DNA from: Candidatus Limnocylindria bacterium | Lineage (GTDB): Bacteria; Chloroflexota; Limnocylindria; P2-11E | Direction: 5' to 3' | DNA length: 64,000 nucleotides | Assembly: GCA_036523395.1 (NCBI GenBank) | Contig: DATDEH010000083.1 | Span: 53,686-117,685 of the forward strand | Part shown: one piece after another, positions 29,501-39,548 of the stretch | Numbering within the stretch: the stretch's first letter is position 1 | How the letters are laid out: the number at the start of each line of letters is the position of its first letter | Notes under the pieces: model-generated | Database searches by the model: none | Seen by the model: the letters and a program-made list of their open reading frames with translations, nothing else | What the model was told of the DNA's origin: nothing | Made by a program: the position numbers and the translations under genes

Positions 29501-30028
29501 TCAGTTCAGCGGGCCCTGCTGCCGGACGGCTCCGACCTGCTCGACCGCAGCCTTCAGCTCTTTGAGCCACTCACCCTGGTTCTGCTGCACGAGCCGCACG
29601 CACCAGGCGAGCGCGTGGGCACGGCTGCGCGCGACGCCGGAATCGACCAGCGCATCGAGCACCTCGCGCTCGGGCAGGCGGAGACGCGTCATCGCCGGGA
29701 CCGCGAGATGCGTGAACATCTCGCGCGCATCGCCGCAGCGCGCGCCCCACGAGACCTTGCGCCCGAAGCGCCGCTCGGCCTCCTCGGAGATCTGCATGCG
29801 CAGGTCGCGGGTGTCCTCGCGGTGCTGCTTGATGCGTCCGGAGCGGGCCGCGGTCGCGGCCTCCGGACCGGCGTCGCCGGGCAGCTGCACGTCGGCGAGG
29901 GTGCCGATCACCCAGACCTCATCGCGGTCGGCGCGGACTTCGGGCGCGGTGGAGAACCAGTCCTTGGGAATCCGGCCGGCGAACCAGCCCTTCATTTCGT
30001 CATTTGCGCTCATTTCGGCCTCCTGCAT
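29501..30028 (-). CDS. hypothetical protein
   Basis: 175-aa ORF with balanced composition immediately upstream of htrA-like gene; no motif recognised. Confidence 0.4.
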   Translation of the reverse strand: MQEAEMSANDEMKGWFAGRIPKDWFSTAPEVRADRDEVWVIGTLADVQLPGDAGPEAATAARSGRIKQHREDTRDLRMQISEEAERRFGRKVSWGARCGDAREMFTHLAVPAMTRLRLPEREVLDALVDSGVARSRAHALAWCVRLVQQNQGEWLKELKAAVEQVGAVRQQGPLN

Positions 30029-30073
30029 AGGTTGTAATTGATGTAATCACAATTGGCCAAAAGCGCAAGGGGG

Positions 30074-31021
30074 TCAGTGCCTGGGGCGTCCTCCGCCCAG
30101 TCCACGCAGGCGGGGGTCAAGCGCGTCGCGGAGCCCGTCGCCGATCAGGTAGAGGCACAGGATCGTCAGCGAGATCGCAAGCCCGGGGCCATACACCAGC
30201 CATGGCGCACGCGAGAGGAACTGGCTTGCGCCGTTGAGCATGTTCCCCCACGACGGAACGGGCGGCTGGATGCCAAAGCCCAGATATGAGAGCGCCGACT
30301 CGGCCAGGATGATCCCGCCCACGTCGATCATCGCGATGACGACGAGCAGCGGCAGGACGTTCGGGAAGATGTGACGAAGCATGACGCGCACGTGCGAGGC
30401 TCCGATCGCGCGTGCGCCCAGGACGAACTCGCGTTCGCGCAGCGCGAGCGCCTGGCCGCGCGAGATGTTGCAGATGCCCAACCACCCCAGGAGCCCGATG
30501 AACACCGCGAGCGACAACGGGTCGAGCCTGAACAGCAGGCCGACGATGATCAGCAGGAACAGGGTTGGGATGCTGTTGAGCGTGGTGACCATCCACACGA
30601 TGACGTCGTCCCACCACCCGCGGAAGTAGCCAGCCGAGATGCCGAGTGCCGCGCCCACGCTGACCGACACGAGCGCGCCGAACGTTCCGATGAAGAGCGA
30701 GACGCGTCCGCCGTACAGGAGGCGGACGATCTCGCTGCGGCCCAGGCGGTCGCTGCCCAGCCACCAGGCAGCCTCGTCCAGCGTCGGGCGGCGGTAGTTG
30801 TTCACGAGGTCCTGCTTCGAGAACGAGACATGGAAGAAGTTGTCGGCGAGGAGATCAGCTCCGACCGCAAGAGCGATCATGAGCGCGAGCACACCGAGCG
30901 CGCCGAGCGTCAGGGGATCGTGGCGTACCCGCCAGAAGACGTCAGACCAATAGCCCGACGCCTCACGGCGCGCCTGGTCCCCCACGGGTAGCTGAACCGC
31001 GGCCGCTCCGCCGGACATCAC
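30074..31021 (-). CDS. ABC transporter permease (peptide/nickel type, DppC/OppC-like)
   Basis: Six TM segments and EAA-like loop (SALSYLGFG...P); 4-nt overlap with the upstream permease. Confidence 0.85.
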   Translation of the reverse strand: MMSGGAAAVQLPVGDQARREASGYWSDVFWRVRHDPLTLGALGVLALMIALAVGADLLADNFFHVSFSKQDLVNNYRRPTLDEAAWWLGSDRLGRSEIVRLLYGGRVSLFIGTFGALVSVSVGAALGISAGYFRGWWDDVIVWMVTTLNSIPTLFLLIIVGLLFRLDPLSLAVFIGLLGWLGICNISRGQALALREREFVLGARAIGASHVRVMLRHIFPNVLPLLVVIAMIDVGGIILAESALSYLGFGIQPPVPSWGNMLNGASQFLSRAPWLVYGPGLAISLTILCLYLIGDGLRDALDPRLRGLGGGRPRH

Positions 31022-31977
31022 CGCACCTTGATGCGCGGGTCGACCCAGGCGTAGGCGATGTCACGGAGGATGTACGACGCGAGGAGGAGGACACTGCCGA
31101 TGATCACCGCCGCTTGCACCACCGGGTAGTCCTTGTTATTCGCCGCCTCGAAGAGCAGACGCCCGAGTCCCGGCCAGGTGAAGATCTGCTCCACCACCAC
31201 CGAGCCGCCGATCACGATCGTGAGGATCCCTCCGAACAGCGACACGATCGGGATGAGCGCGTTGCGCAGCACGTGTCGGAGGACCACCCAACGCTCTCGT
31301 AGGCCCTTGCTCCGGGCGGTGCGCACGAAATCCTGTCCGAGGATCTCGAGCATCTCTGTTCGGAGGTAGCGAGGATAGGTCGCGATGCCTCCATTGGCGT
31401 AGAGCAGCACCGGACCGACCATGTGCCAGGCGCGGTCCCAACAGAGCGTGCAGTCCGTTCCGATCGTGTTCATGCTGCCGATCGGGAACCAGCGCAGCTG
31501 CACACCGAGGATCAGCACGAAGAGCAGCCCGAGGAAGAAGTCCGGAACAGCGTTCAAGACGACCGACAGGACGCGGATGCCGTGGTCGGCCGGGCTGCCG
31601 CGGGCGAGCGCGGCAACGACGCCGAGCGGGATCCCGATCGTGAGCGCCACGACGAATCCCACGACCGCAAGCTGCAGGCTGTTGGGGATGCGTTCGGCGA
31701 TGAGCTGGATCGCCGGACGATGGGAGTAGAAGGACTTTCCGAAGTCGAGCCGCATCATGTCCCACGCCCAGTCGACGAACTGGACCGGCAACGGCCGATT
31801 GAGCCCGTAGCTCTCGCGGATCTCCTCGCGCTGTTCGGCGGTGACGTCGGTCGAACCACCGATGATGAAGTCCACCGGATCCGCCGGTGACAGCCGGGTG
31901 AGAAGAAAGGTCAGCAGCATGATCCCGAACAACGTCGGGACCGCCTGAACCAGCCGCCTGAGGATGAATCGGCTCAC
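31018..31977 (-). CDS. ABC transporter permease (DppB/OppB-like)
   Basis: Binding-protein-dependent transport signature region (FVRTARSKGLRERWVVLRHVLRNALIP). Confidence 0.85.
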   Translation of the reverse strand: MSRFILRRLVQAVPTLFGIMLLTFLLTRLSPADPVDFIIGGSTDVTAEQREEIRESYGLNRPLPVQFVDWAWDMMRLDFGKSFYSHRPAIQLIAERIPNSLQLAVVGFVVALTIGIPLGVVAALARGSPADHGIRVLSVVLNAVPDFFLGLLFVLILGVQLRWFPIGSMNTIGTDCTLCWDRAWHMVGPVLLYANGGIATYPRYLRTEMLEILGQDFVRTARSKGLRERWVVLRHVLRNALIPIVSLFGGILTIVIGGSVVVEQIFTWPGLGRLLFEAANNKDYPVVQAAVIIGSVLLLASYILRDIAYAWVDPRIKVR

Positions 31978-31989
31978 GCCATCAGCGGC

Positions 31990-33687
31990 TCAGCGCTTGA
32001 TCCACCACTTTTCGATATTCCACGCCGACCCAGAGCTGAAGGGTCTGGGGTCGAAGTTCTGCATCTGCTTGTTCGAGAACACCAAGTTGTCCGAGTTGTA
32101 CAAGAAAGTCCACGGCGCTTCATCGTTCAGCAGCTTGTCGTGTTGCGCGATCACTCGCTTCCGAGCCGCTTGACTGCAGTCCGGCCCGTCGCGTTGCGCG
32201 GTGATGAGCGCGTCGCCCTTGCTCCAGCCAACGCGGTTCAGGCCGGTCGAGGTCGCCTGGCTGGAATGCCACACGCCATACGGATCGGGGTCCGTGCCGT
32301 AGGCGATCCCCAGGATGACGCCTTCCCAGTCAGGCTTGCTGAAGCGCGTGCGCTCCGTGAGCGCTTGGAACGATTCCAACAGCGGATCGATCTTGACGCC
32401 GATCTGCGCGTATTGCTCCTGAGCGATCTGCAGGATCGTCGTGCGCGTGTTGCTGTCGGAATTCGTCTCGATCTTCATCTTGATCGGCTGTCCGTCGGTC
32501 CAGCGGTAGACGCCGTCCGAGCCCATCTTCGCTCCGGCCTTCTCGAGCAGGTCCTTTGCCTTCTTTTGGTCATACGCGTACTTGTTCAGCCCCGTGTCGT
32601 CGTACGCCCACATTGTTGGCAACGTGTTCGCGAACACCGGCTTGCCGTAACCGAAGATCACCTTGTCGATGATCTGGTTCACGTTGAGTCCGTACCACAG
32701 CGCTTGACGGACCTCCTTGCTCGCGAGCCACGGTGCCTTCGGGTTGTTGGGGTTCCAGCCGATGTACCCATTGCTGAAGCTCGGGAATCTGAACCCTTTC
32801 AGCGTGTCGACCTTGGAGAGCTCCTCGTAATCCTTCGGGTCGACCCCGCTGTAACTGACCTCGCCCACCTTGAGCGCGTTCGTGATCGCGGTCGAGTCCG
32901 CGTAGAACTTGATGTAGTACTCCTCGATCAGTGGCGCGCCCGCGTAGTACTTCTCGTTGCGCACGAGCGTCACGTGATCGCCCGGCTTGTATTCCTTGAA
33001 CAGGAACGGCCCCATCGATACCGCCGGCTCCATGTTCATCGTGTTGTCGTCGATGTTCTTCGTGGTGTCGGTCGTCTTGCTGTCCCAGTACTTGCTGAAC
33101 ATGTGCTTGGGGATGATGCCGCCGGCGCCGGCGCCGCCCATCTGGCTCACCGCCGGGCAGAACACCTTCGTGAATCTGATCGTGATCGTCTTGCCGTTGT
33201 TCCCGACCTGGATCCCGCTGATGCCGTCGATCTTGCCATCCGCGTAGTCCTTCGCCCCGGCCACGTTGTCGAACGTCCCCTTGCGAATGGTCTTCTTGCT
33301 GCGCATGACCGCTTCGGCCGTGTACTTGTAGTCCTCGCCGGTGAACGCCGTGCCGTCGCTCCAGACAAGGTTGTCGCGGAGCGTGTACGTGAGCGTCAGG
33401 CCGTCGGCACTGAGCTCGTACTTCTCGGCGAGGCGCCCGACGACCTCGCCCGTATCGGGATCGTTGCGCGTCAGGCTGAGGTAGATCCAGCCCCAGACAC
33501 CCGACGAAGCCGTGTCGGACGATAGGACCGGCTGCAGCGTTTTGATGTCGGAGGTGAAGCCATCGACGATCCGGCCACCGGCGACGGGCTTGTCGACCAC
33601 CGACGGAGCGGGGGTCTGGCTCGTCTGCGAAGCGCAGGCCGCACCGACCAGCACGACAGTGATGAAGACCACAGCGAAACGACTCAT
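31990..33687 (-). CDS. ABC transporter substrate-binding lipoprotein, family 5 (peptide/nickel)
   Basis: Lipoprotein signal VVLVGAACAS and about 550-aa family-5 solute-binding protein architecture; start placed at Met 33687. Confidence 0.8.
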   Translation of the reverse strand: MSRFAVVFITVVLVGAACASQTSQTPAPSVVDKPVAGGRIVDGFTSDIKTLQPVLSSDTASSGVWGWIYLSLTRNDPDTGEVVGRLAEKYELSADGLTLTYTLRDNLVWSDGTAFTGEDYKYTAEAVMRSKKTIRKGTFDNVAGAKDYADGKIDGISGIQVGNNGKTITIRFTKVFCPAVSQMGGAGAGGIIPKHMFSKYWDSKTTDTTKNIDDNTMNMEPAVSMGPFLFKEYKPGDHVTLVRNEKYYAGAPLIEEYYIKFYADSTAITNALKVGEVSYSGVDPKDYEELSKVDTLKGFRFPSFSNGYIGWNPNNPKAPWLASKEVRQALWYGLNVNQIIDKVIFGYGKPVFANTLPTMWAYDDTGLNKYAYDQKKAKDLLEKAGAKMGSDGVYRWTDGQPIKMKIETNSDSNTRTTILQIAQEQYAQIGVKIDPLLESFQALTERTRFSKPDWEGVILGIAYGTDPDPYGVWHSSQATSTGLNRVGWSKGDALITAQRDGPDCSQAARKRVIAQHDKLLNDEAPWTFLYNSDNLVFSNKQMQNFDPRPFSSGSAWNIEKWWIKR

Positions 33688-33794
33688 CCCACAGCCCTCC
33701 CTGCGCCTCGCAACTCGCGAGTCCTGCGCCACGGAACCGGTTCGCGGGGGGAGCCTAGCAAATCGGTCAATTACGAATCACGTACTTTCCGGCC

Positions 33795-34940
33795 GTGCGC
33801 GTGGCCGTCGCCCTTCTCTCGCTCAGCGCGGTCGCGTTCGGATTCACGTATTCGGACCACGCGCCGCTCATCCCACTCGTGTCGGTCGACTTCCGGCTCG
33901 ACGACCTCGGCGCGGGTCTGCTCTCGACGGCGCTGTTCCTGGCGTACATGGCGACCACGCTCCTCACGACCGGCTTAGGCGAGCGGGTCGGTCCGAAACG
34001 CATGGTCGGCGCTGGGCTCGCCGTGTGCGCGGTCGGCACGGTGATCTTCGCTGCCTCACCGAGCTACAGCGTCGCGCTCGTGGCCAAGGTGACGCAAGGC
34101 ATCGGTTCGGCACTCGCGTTCGTCGCCGGCGCTCGTTACCTGGCCGGGCTCTATCGAGAGCGCCGCAATCACTTCGCGCTCGGTCTCTATGGCGCTGGCT
34201 ATCCACTGGGGAGCGCGCTTGCACTCATCGCGATGCCGACCCTCGCGGGCACGCTTGGCGGCTGGCGTGGCGCGTTCTGGGCCGAAGCAGCGTTCGTCGG
34301 TGGAGTCGCGATCGCGTGGTGGCGCGCGCCGTCGGTGCCGCGCGTGCCGCGCCCCGGGAACATCCGCGACGCGCTGCGCTGCCCCAACTGTTGGTGGACG
34401 AGCCTGCAGCACGCCGCCGGGTTCGGGCTCGGCATCGCCTCCGGCACGTGGATCACCGTGTATCTCCTGCGCGAGTTCCGCCTCCCTCTCGAGCTCTCGG
34501 GCGTGCTCGGCTCGCTCCTCCTTCTCCTGGCGGTGGTGACGCGACCAGTCGGCGGGTGGCTTCTCGCGCGCGAGCACCTGCCGGCGCGACGGGTGATGCG
34601 CATCGGCGATCTCGCGATCGTCGCCGGCGTCGCGCTGCTCGCGATCCCGGAACGCCCGCTACCGATCGCGCTCGGTGGCGCGATCCTCGTGGGTATCGGT
34701 GTGGGTCTGCCCTACTCGGCGGTGTTCAATACCGCCGCGGCATCGCTGCCCGCCGCTCCCGGTGCGGCCCAGGGTCTGGCGGCGATCGGCGGGACGGCGG
34801 GGGTGATGGTGACCGCGCCCGCGATGGGTTACGCCGTGCAGACCTTTGGCTTCTGGTCCGCTTGGCTCTTCGTCGGTGCCGTGTCCGCCGTCGCGTTCGT
34901 CGGGACCGCGTTCATGCGCGGTGAGGAGGAGCTGACGTGA
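33795..34940 (+). CDS. MFS transporter
   Basis: 12 predicted TM helices; the MFS motif region GERVGPKRMVGAGL lies between TM2 and TM3. Confidence 0.75.
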   Translation: MRVAVALLSLSAVAFGFTYSDHAPLIPLVSVDFRLDDLGAGLLSTALFLAYMATTLLTTGLGERVGPKRMVGAGLAVCAVGTVIFAASPSYSVALVAKVTQGIGSALAFVAGARYLAGLYRERRNHFALGLYGAGYPLGSALALIAMPTLAGTLGGWRGAFWAEAAFVGGVAIAWWRAPSVPRVPRPGNIRDALRCPNCWWTSLQHAAGFGLGIASGTWITVYLLREFRLPLELSGVLGSLLLLLAVVTRPVGGWLLAREHLPARRVMRIGDLAIVAGVALLAIPERPLPIALGGAILVGIGVGLPYSAVFNTAAASLPAAPGAAQGLAAIGGTAGVMVTAPAMGYAVQTFGFWSAWLFVGAVSAVAFVGTAFMRGEEELT

Positions 34941-35389
34941 GGTCGATCGCCACGCCCGTGGCGATCGTGCTGCTCGTCGGGGTCGGCGCGGTCGAGGCGA
35001 GCGCGAGCGCCCGGCAGCTCGCGGAGTCGGCCGGACCGCTGCGCCTCGGGGGCGCGGGCGTGGCGTTGACGGCAGCCGGACTCATCGCCAGCGCTGCGAT
35101 CTATCTCGTGCTCGGCCACCTCGCGGCCGACGAGCGTGGTGCATTGCGCGCCGGCGCGATCACCGGGACTCTCGCCGGCCTCGTCGGCGGCGCCCTGCGC
35201 GCGGTCATCATCAGTGGAGTGGTCGCGGATCTCGTCGCGCGGTACGCCGCGGCAGGGGACTGGTTCGTGCCGGCGGCGCTTGCGACATTCGTCCTGGTGT
35301 CGCTCGTGGCGAGCGCTGTGGGTGGCGCGGCGCTCGCGTGGACCGGCCGCAGGCTCAGTCGAGCTGCGCGGTCGCGACCTCCTGCCTGA
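34937..35389 (+). CDS. small membrane protein
   Basis: 150 aa Ala/Gly/Leu-rich with 4 hydrophobic segments; 4-nt overlap with the MFS gene; weak. Confidence 0.3.
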   Translation: MRSIATPVAIVLLVGVGAVEASASARQLAESAGPLRLGGAGVALTAAGLIASAAIYLVLGHLAADERGALRAGAITGTLAGLVGGALRAVIISGVVADLVARYAAAGDWFVPAALATFVLVSLVASAVGGAALAWTGRRLSRAARSRPPA

Positions 35390-36326
35390 CCCGCTCGATG
35401 CTGCCGTCGGCCTGCAGGGACTGGAAGGTCGCGACGACCTCGGGATCGAACTGCGCTCCGGAGCCGGCGATGACCGCGGCCATGCCCTCCTCGATCGTCC
35501 ACGCGGTCTTGTACGGCCGCTTCGAGGTGAGCGCGTCGAAGACATCGGCGACGGAGACGATGCGCGCGGCCAGCGAGATCGCGTCGCCCTTCTTGCCATC
35601 GGGGTAGCCGCGTCCGTCCCAACGTTCGTGATGCTCGCGCGCGATCGCGCGGGCCGTCTCGAAGAAGCGCGCCTCACCGAGCATCACCTCGCCATCGATG
35701 CAGTGCTGCTTGATGACCTCGAACTCCTGGCTCGAGAGGTGATGCTCGCTCTGGAGGATGTGATCCGGCGTATGGATCTTGCCTACGTCGTGCATCACGC
35801 TCGAGTAGCCGAACTCTTCGACGACCTGCGCAGGTAGTCCGAGGCGGGTGCCGATGGCTTCGACATATTTGCGAACGCGAAGCAGATGCGCGCCGGTGGT
35901 CTGGTCCTTGATCGTCGCGGCAAGGAGCAGGTGGCTGATGCCCTGCAGACCGGTCCGCCGGAGCTCCTCGTTCGCGACGCGCTCGGCCTCGAGCGCGGTC
36001 TCGAGCTGCTCGCGGCGCTCGCGCTCACTGCGCAGCATCTCCGCGAGATCCTCCGCGTAACGCGTGCTCTGCCGTTCGAGGAGGCGCAACTCGCGCAGCT
36101 TCGTCTCGTACTCGAGGCGCACCGACTGTTCGCGTCGGTAGACCTCGGCGAAGTCGCTCGCCATCCGCACTGCTTGAGAGTTCGCCTGATCGGCCACGCG
36201 GATCGCCTGCTGGAGCAATTGGCGGAACACCTCGCCGGCGACGGTCGAACTCGCCGGCGGCATCGTGATACTGGGAGAGACTTCGATCACTTCGATCGAC
36301 ATCCGCTCGGGCCTTTCCTCTGGCAT
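35355..36326 (-). CDS. HD-GYP domain phosphodiesterase with N-terminal coiled coil
   Basis: HDVGKI ... HHERWDGRGYPDG signature of HD-GYP c-di-GMP phosphodiesterases; start placed at Met 36326 just after the upstream REC gene. Confidence 0.75.
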   Translation of the reverse strand: MPEERPERMSIEVIEVSPSITMPPASSTVAGEVFRQLLQQAIRVADQANSQAVRMASDFAEVYRREQSVRLEYETKLRELRLLERQSTRYAEDLAEMLRSERERREQLETALEAERVANEELRRTGLQGISHLLLAATIKDQTTGAHLLRVRKYVEAIGTRLGLPAQVVEEFGYSSVMHDVGKIHTPDHILQSEHHLSSQEFEVIKQHCIDGEVMLGEARFFETARAIAREHHERWDGRGYPDGKKGDAISLAARIVSVADVFDALTSKRPYKTAWTIEEGMAAVIAGSGAQFDPEVVATFQSLQADGSIERVRQEVATAQLD

Positions 36327-36333
36327 GGCGGGG

Positions 36334-36705
36334 TCAGCTGTGCGCGAGGATCCCGCGGATAGTGTCGATGAGCTCGAGCGGCCCGAAGGGCTTGGTGAGG
36401 TACTGCGTCGCACCGACCGAGAATCCGGTCTTCTTGTCGCTCTCGCTCTCATGCGCCGTCAGCATCACGACCGGGATGTCCTTCGTGCCCGGCTCGGACT
36501 TGAGCTGCCGGCAGACCTCGAAGCCGTTCGGTCCGGGCCCCATGTCGACGTCGAGGAGGACCAGGTCGGGCGTCTCGGCACGTGCGAGCTCGAGCGCCTC
36601 GGTGCCGTTCTTGGCCTCGAGGATCGTCCAGCCCTGCGTCGACAGGGTGATCCGGACCATCTGGCGGATGGGTACGAGGTCGTCTGCGATAAGGAGTTTT
36701 GCCAT
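36334..36705 (-). CDS. single-domain response regulator (CheY-like receiver)
   Basis: KLLIADD, phospho-acceptor in LVLLDVDMGPGPNG, Thr in VVMLTA, Lys in YLTKPF. Confidence 0.75.
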   Translation of the reverse strand: MAKLLIADDLVPIRQMVRITLSTQGWTILEAKNGTEALELARAETPDLVLLDVDMGPGPNGFEVCRQLKSEPGTKDIPVVMLTAHESESDKKTGFSVGATQYLTKPFGPLELIDTIRGILAHS

Positions 36706-36757
36706 GCGACGCATGGTAGACGGGTCGCGCGTCATCAGACCCCCCCTCCGTGGGGAC

Positions 36758-37462
36758 TTAAGCCCCACGGGCTAGCACTTTCCCCCCGCGCGGGGAGGTC
36801 GGCCCCTGGCGTGTCCACGAATCGAGGGTCACCAGGCCGAGCCGAGCGGCCTCCGCGACGGCCTCGAGGCGTGAGTGCGCGCCGAGCTTGCGAAGCACCG
36901 CCTGAACGTGTGCGCGAAGGGTCGCTGTGGAGATGCCGAGTGATGCCGCGGCTGCCGCGGTGCTCGCGCCCGTGGCGAGGAGATAGAGGACCTCGAGCTC
37001 GCGCGGCGTGAGTGGCTCGATGGCCGTCGCGGGCTCACTGCGTTCCGAGAGCAACAGGCGCTGGAGCTCGCTCGATGAGAAGAGCACCTCGCCTGCCGCT
37101 GCCGCGCGCACCGCGCCGACGACGTCGTTGAAGCCGCGCTCTTTCGTAAGGTGGCCGACCGCGCCGGACCGCGCGACGTCCGCGAGCGTGAACGCGCTGG
37201 GGTCGCCGGTGAGCACGACGATGGCCGTCTTCGGCATCGTCGAGCGGACCGCGCGCGCGAGATCCGCGCCGGTCCCGTCGGGCAGGTGGTAATCGGCGAG
37301 TACGACATCGGGTCGCGCCTCGTCCAGGGCTGCGATCGCGCTCCGCACGTCATGCGCGACCGCCACGACGTCGATGTCGCTGGCGCTGCGCATCCCGACC
37401 CGAAGGAGCTCGGCGAAGAGCCGTTCGTCGTCAACGATCATCACGCGGATCGCGTCGCTCAT
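36758..37462 (-). CDS. NarL/FixJ-family response regulator (REC + LuxR HTH)
   Basis: Receiver (VMIVDDE...VVLADYHLPDGTG...VLTG) plus C-terminal LTPRELEVLYLLATGASTAAAAASLGISTATLRAHVQAVLRKLG. Confidence 0.8.
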   Translation of the reverse strand: MSDAIRVMIVDDERLFAELLRVGMRSASDIDVVAVAHDVRSAIAALDEARPDVVLADYHLPDGTGADLARAVRSTMPKTAIVVLTGDPSAFTLADVARSGAVGHLTKERGFNDVVGAVRAAAAGEVLFSSSELQRLLLSERSEPATAIEPLTPRELEVLYLLATGASTAAAAASLGISTATLRAHVQAVLRKLGAHSRLEAVAEAARLGLVTLDSWTRQGPTSPRGGKVLARGA

Positions 37463-38790
37463 TGCTCGACTTCCGGGCTTCGAGCGGACCGCACCTGCGC
37501 GGCAAGTGCAGCGACGGCGGCCGGATCAAGCTCGCCGCGACCGACGGCGCCCTGAAGAATGCGAACGGCCTCCTGCTCGGTGACCGCGGGGCGGTCCGGG
37601 CGATCGACGAGCAGCGCTTCGAACCGATCGGCCACGCTCACGATGCGGACCTCGAGCGGGATCTTCTCGGCCGTGAGGTGATCCGGATACCCACCGCCGT
37701 CGAGACGCTCGTGGTGCCAGCGAACGATCGGCAGGATCGGCGCGAGTGGCGACACGTGCCTGAGGAGCTCTTCGCCCAGGAGCGGATGCTGCTCGATCGC
37801 CTCGCGCTCGTGTGGCGTGAGCTCGCCGGCCTTGACGACGATCGGCGGTGGCAGCTTCGCGTTGCCGACATCGCGAAGGAGCGCGCCGAGTCGGATCGTG
37901 CCGATCGCGACCTGGTCGAGCCCGAGCACCTGCGCGATGGAGACGGAGCGTGCCGCGACGCGTTCGCTGTGGCCCATCATGAATCGATCGTGCGCCTCGA
38001 GCGACGTCGCGAGCGTGATGAGCGCGTCCGCCGCGGCGCCCATGTCGCGCACGAGGCGCATCTCGCGCACGAGCAGATCCGCGTGTCGCGAAAGCTCGCC
38101 GTCCAGCCGCGCGAACTCGGTGGCGGGTGTCTCCGAGCCCCGCGCGATGACGAGAACGGCGGTGCCGCCATCCACGAGGCCCGCGTCGGGCGCCACACCT
38201 TCGTCGATGAGAACGAGGTCAACGGCGTCCGCCCCGTCCTTCGCTATGTCAAACCGCGACGCGAGCAGCTTCTCTGCCGTGGCGCGCCGCGCCCCATCCT
38301 TCAGCGAGACCGCGGCCATCGGCCGGGCGCGCTGGGGACGTGCCGCCAGCGGCTCGAGCCGCGGCGGACGGGCGTTCCGCGTCTGGAGGAGCACAGCGTC
38401 GATTCGGGCGAGGAGCTCAGCCGCGTTCCACGGTTTTGTGACGTAGTCCGCGGCGCCGCACGAGAGGCCACGCACCTTGTCGACGACCTCGCCGCGGGCC
38501 GAGAGGAAGATCACCGGGATGTGCGCGATCGCGCCGTCGCTCTTGATGCGCAGGCAGACGTCGTAGCCGTCGGTGTCCGGCAGCATCACGTCCAGCAGTA
38601 CAAGGTCGGGGACGAGCTCGCGTACCAGCGCGAGGCCCTGGCCGCCGTCGCGCCCAACGGCGACCTTCATGCCGTTCGCCTGCAGGCGGCGCTGAAGGAC
38701 ATCGGCGGACGCCGGGTCGTCTTCCACCACCACGACGCTCGTGGCCTTCTTCGCGGTGCCGGGCAGGGGCGTCATCGCCAGATCGTTCAT
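37459..38790 (-). CDS. response regulator with HD-GYP-type output domain
   Basis: N-terminal receiver (VVVVEDD...LVLLDVMLPDTDG...IFLSA...YVTKPW) and C-terminal HSERV...HHERLDGGGYPD. Confidence 0.75.
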   Translation of the reverse strand: MNDLAMTPLPGTAKKATSVVVVEDDPASADVLQRRLQANGMKVAVGRDGGQGLALVRELVPDLVLLDVMLPDTDGYDVCLRIKSDGAIAHIPVIFLSARGEVVDKVRGLSCGAADYVTKPWNAAELLARIDAVLLQTRNARPPRLEPLAARPQRARPMAAVSLKDGARRATAEKLLASRFDIAKDGADAVDLVLIDEGVAPDAGLVDGGTAVLVIARGSETPATEFARLDGELSRHADLLVREMRLVRDMGAAADALITLATSLEAHDRFMMGHSERVAARSVSIAQVLGLDQVAIGTIRLGALLRDVGNAKLPPPIVVKAGELTPHEREAIEQHPLLGEELLRHVSPLAPILPIVRWHHERLDGGGYPDHLTAEKIPLEVRIVSVADRFEALLVDRPDRPAVTEQEAVRILQGAVGRGELDPAAVAALAAQVRSARSPEVEQ

Positions 38791-39548
38791 GTCGCGAGAC
38801 CTGTCTGCTCTTCGCCGAGAAGGTGACGCATCGCGACGACGAACTTCGAAGGTCGCTCGTTCACCATGTGGTCGCGGATGTAGGAATAGAGCTCATCCGC
38901 CCAGCGAGGCAGTTCCTGGAACCACTTCACTTCTATGATCACGCCCGGCTCGCGCGCGATGACCGGGCCGATGCGGCAGGGCATCGAGCTCGCGTCGTTC
39001 GTCACCCACGGGACGGCGAGATACATCAGGTTGTGATCCGCGGTGATGCGCATGCTTCCGTCGGGCGCCGAGTACGCGATGCGGTTGTACTGCGTCACCA
39101 CGACCGGTCGCACGCCGTCCGCGATCGTGCGCTCCGCGCGCTCGACGAGCCCGTTCTTGTCCCGCGGCATCTTCTGCTCGCCGCGGAGATACGCGGGCAG
39201 GGACATCGTCGGCACCTCGTAGCGCTCCTTGAACGACGTGCTGGCGGAGTCGTCCTTCATCTCGAGATAGACGGTCCCGCCGGCCAGGATCTCGTTCGGC
39301 CGTGTCCGGTGATATTCGCGGACGCGGATCTGGAGTGCCTTTCCCGCCTCGGCCGCGCGGAACACGCTCCAACCGTACGTATCGAGGTACGCGGTCGTCG
39401 ACCACTGGTATGGGCGGTCGTCACGATCGAGCCCGAGGTAGGTTCCGCTCGTGCGGAGCGCGAGGCGCGCGACGGACTCGTTCACCAGGAAGCGGTGCTC
39501 GTTGCGACGCTCGGTGTCGCTGCCTGCGTCGAGAACGATGTTCTTCAT
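38787..39548 (-). CDS. VTC/CYTH-like (triphosphate tunnel fold) domain protein
   Basis: EHRFLV...YQWSTTAYLDTYGWSVF...KALQIRVREYH...GTVYLEMKDD...SFKERYEV follows the VTC/CYTH pattern (ExK ... Y.S.YFDT ... R.K.R.R ... E.K); family assignment from memory. Confidence 0.45.
   Translation of the reverse strand: MKNIVLDAGSDTERRNEHRFLVNESVARLALRTSGTYLGLDRDDRPYQWSTTAYLDTYGWSVFRAAEAGKALQIRVREYHRTRPNEILAGGTVYLEMKDDSASTSFKERYEVPTMSLPAYLRGEQKMPRDKNGLVERAERTIADGVRPVVVTQYNRIAYSAPDGSMRITADHNLMYLAVPWVTNDASSMPCRIGPVIAREPGVIIEVKWFQELPRWADELYSYIRDHMVNERPSKFVVAMRHLLGEEQTGLAT

Noticed and set aside
30074-33687. ABC importer operon lacking ATPase genes
   Set aside because: Peptide/nickel-type systems often encode DppD/DppF elsewhere or downstream; the absence within the window is not by itself evidence of anything unusual
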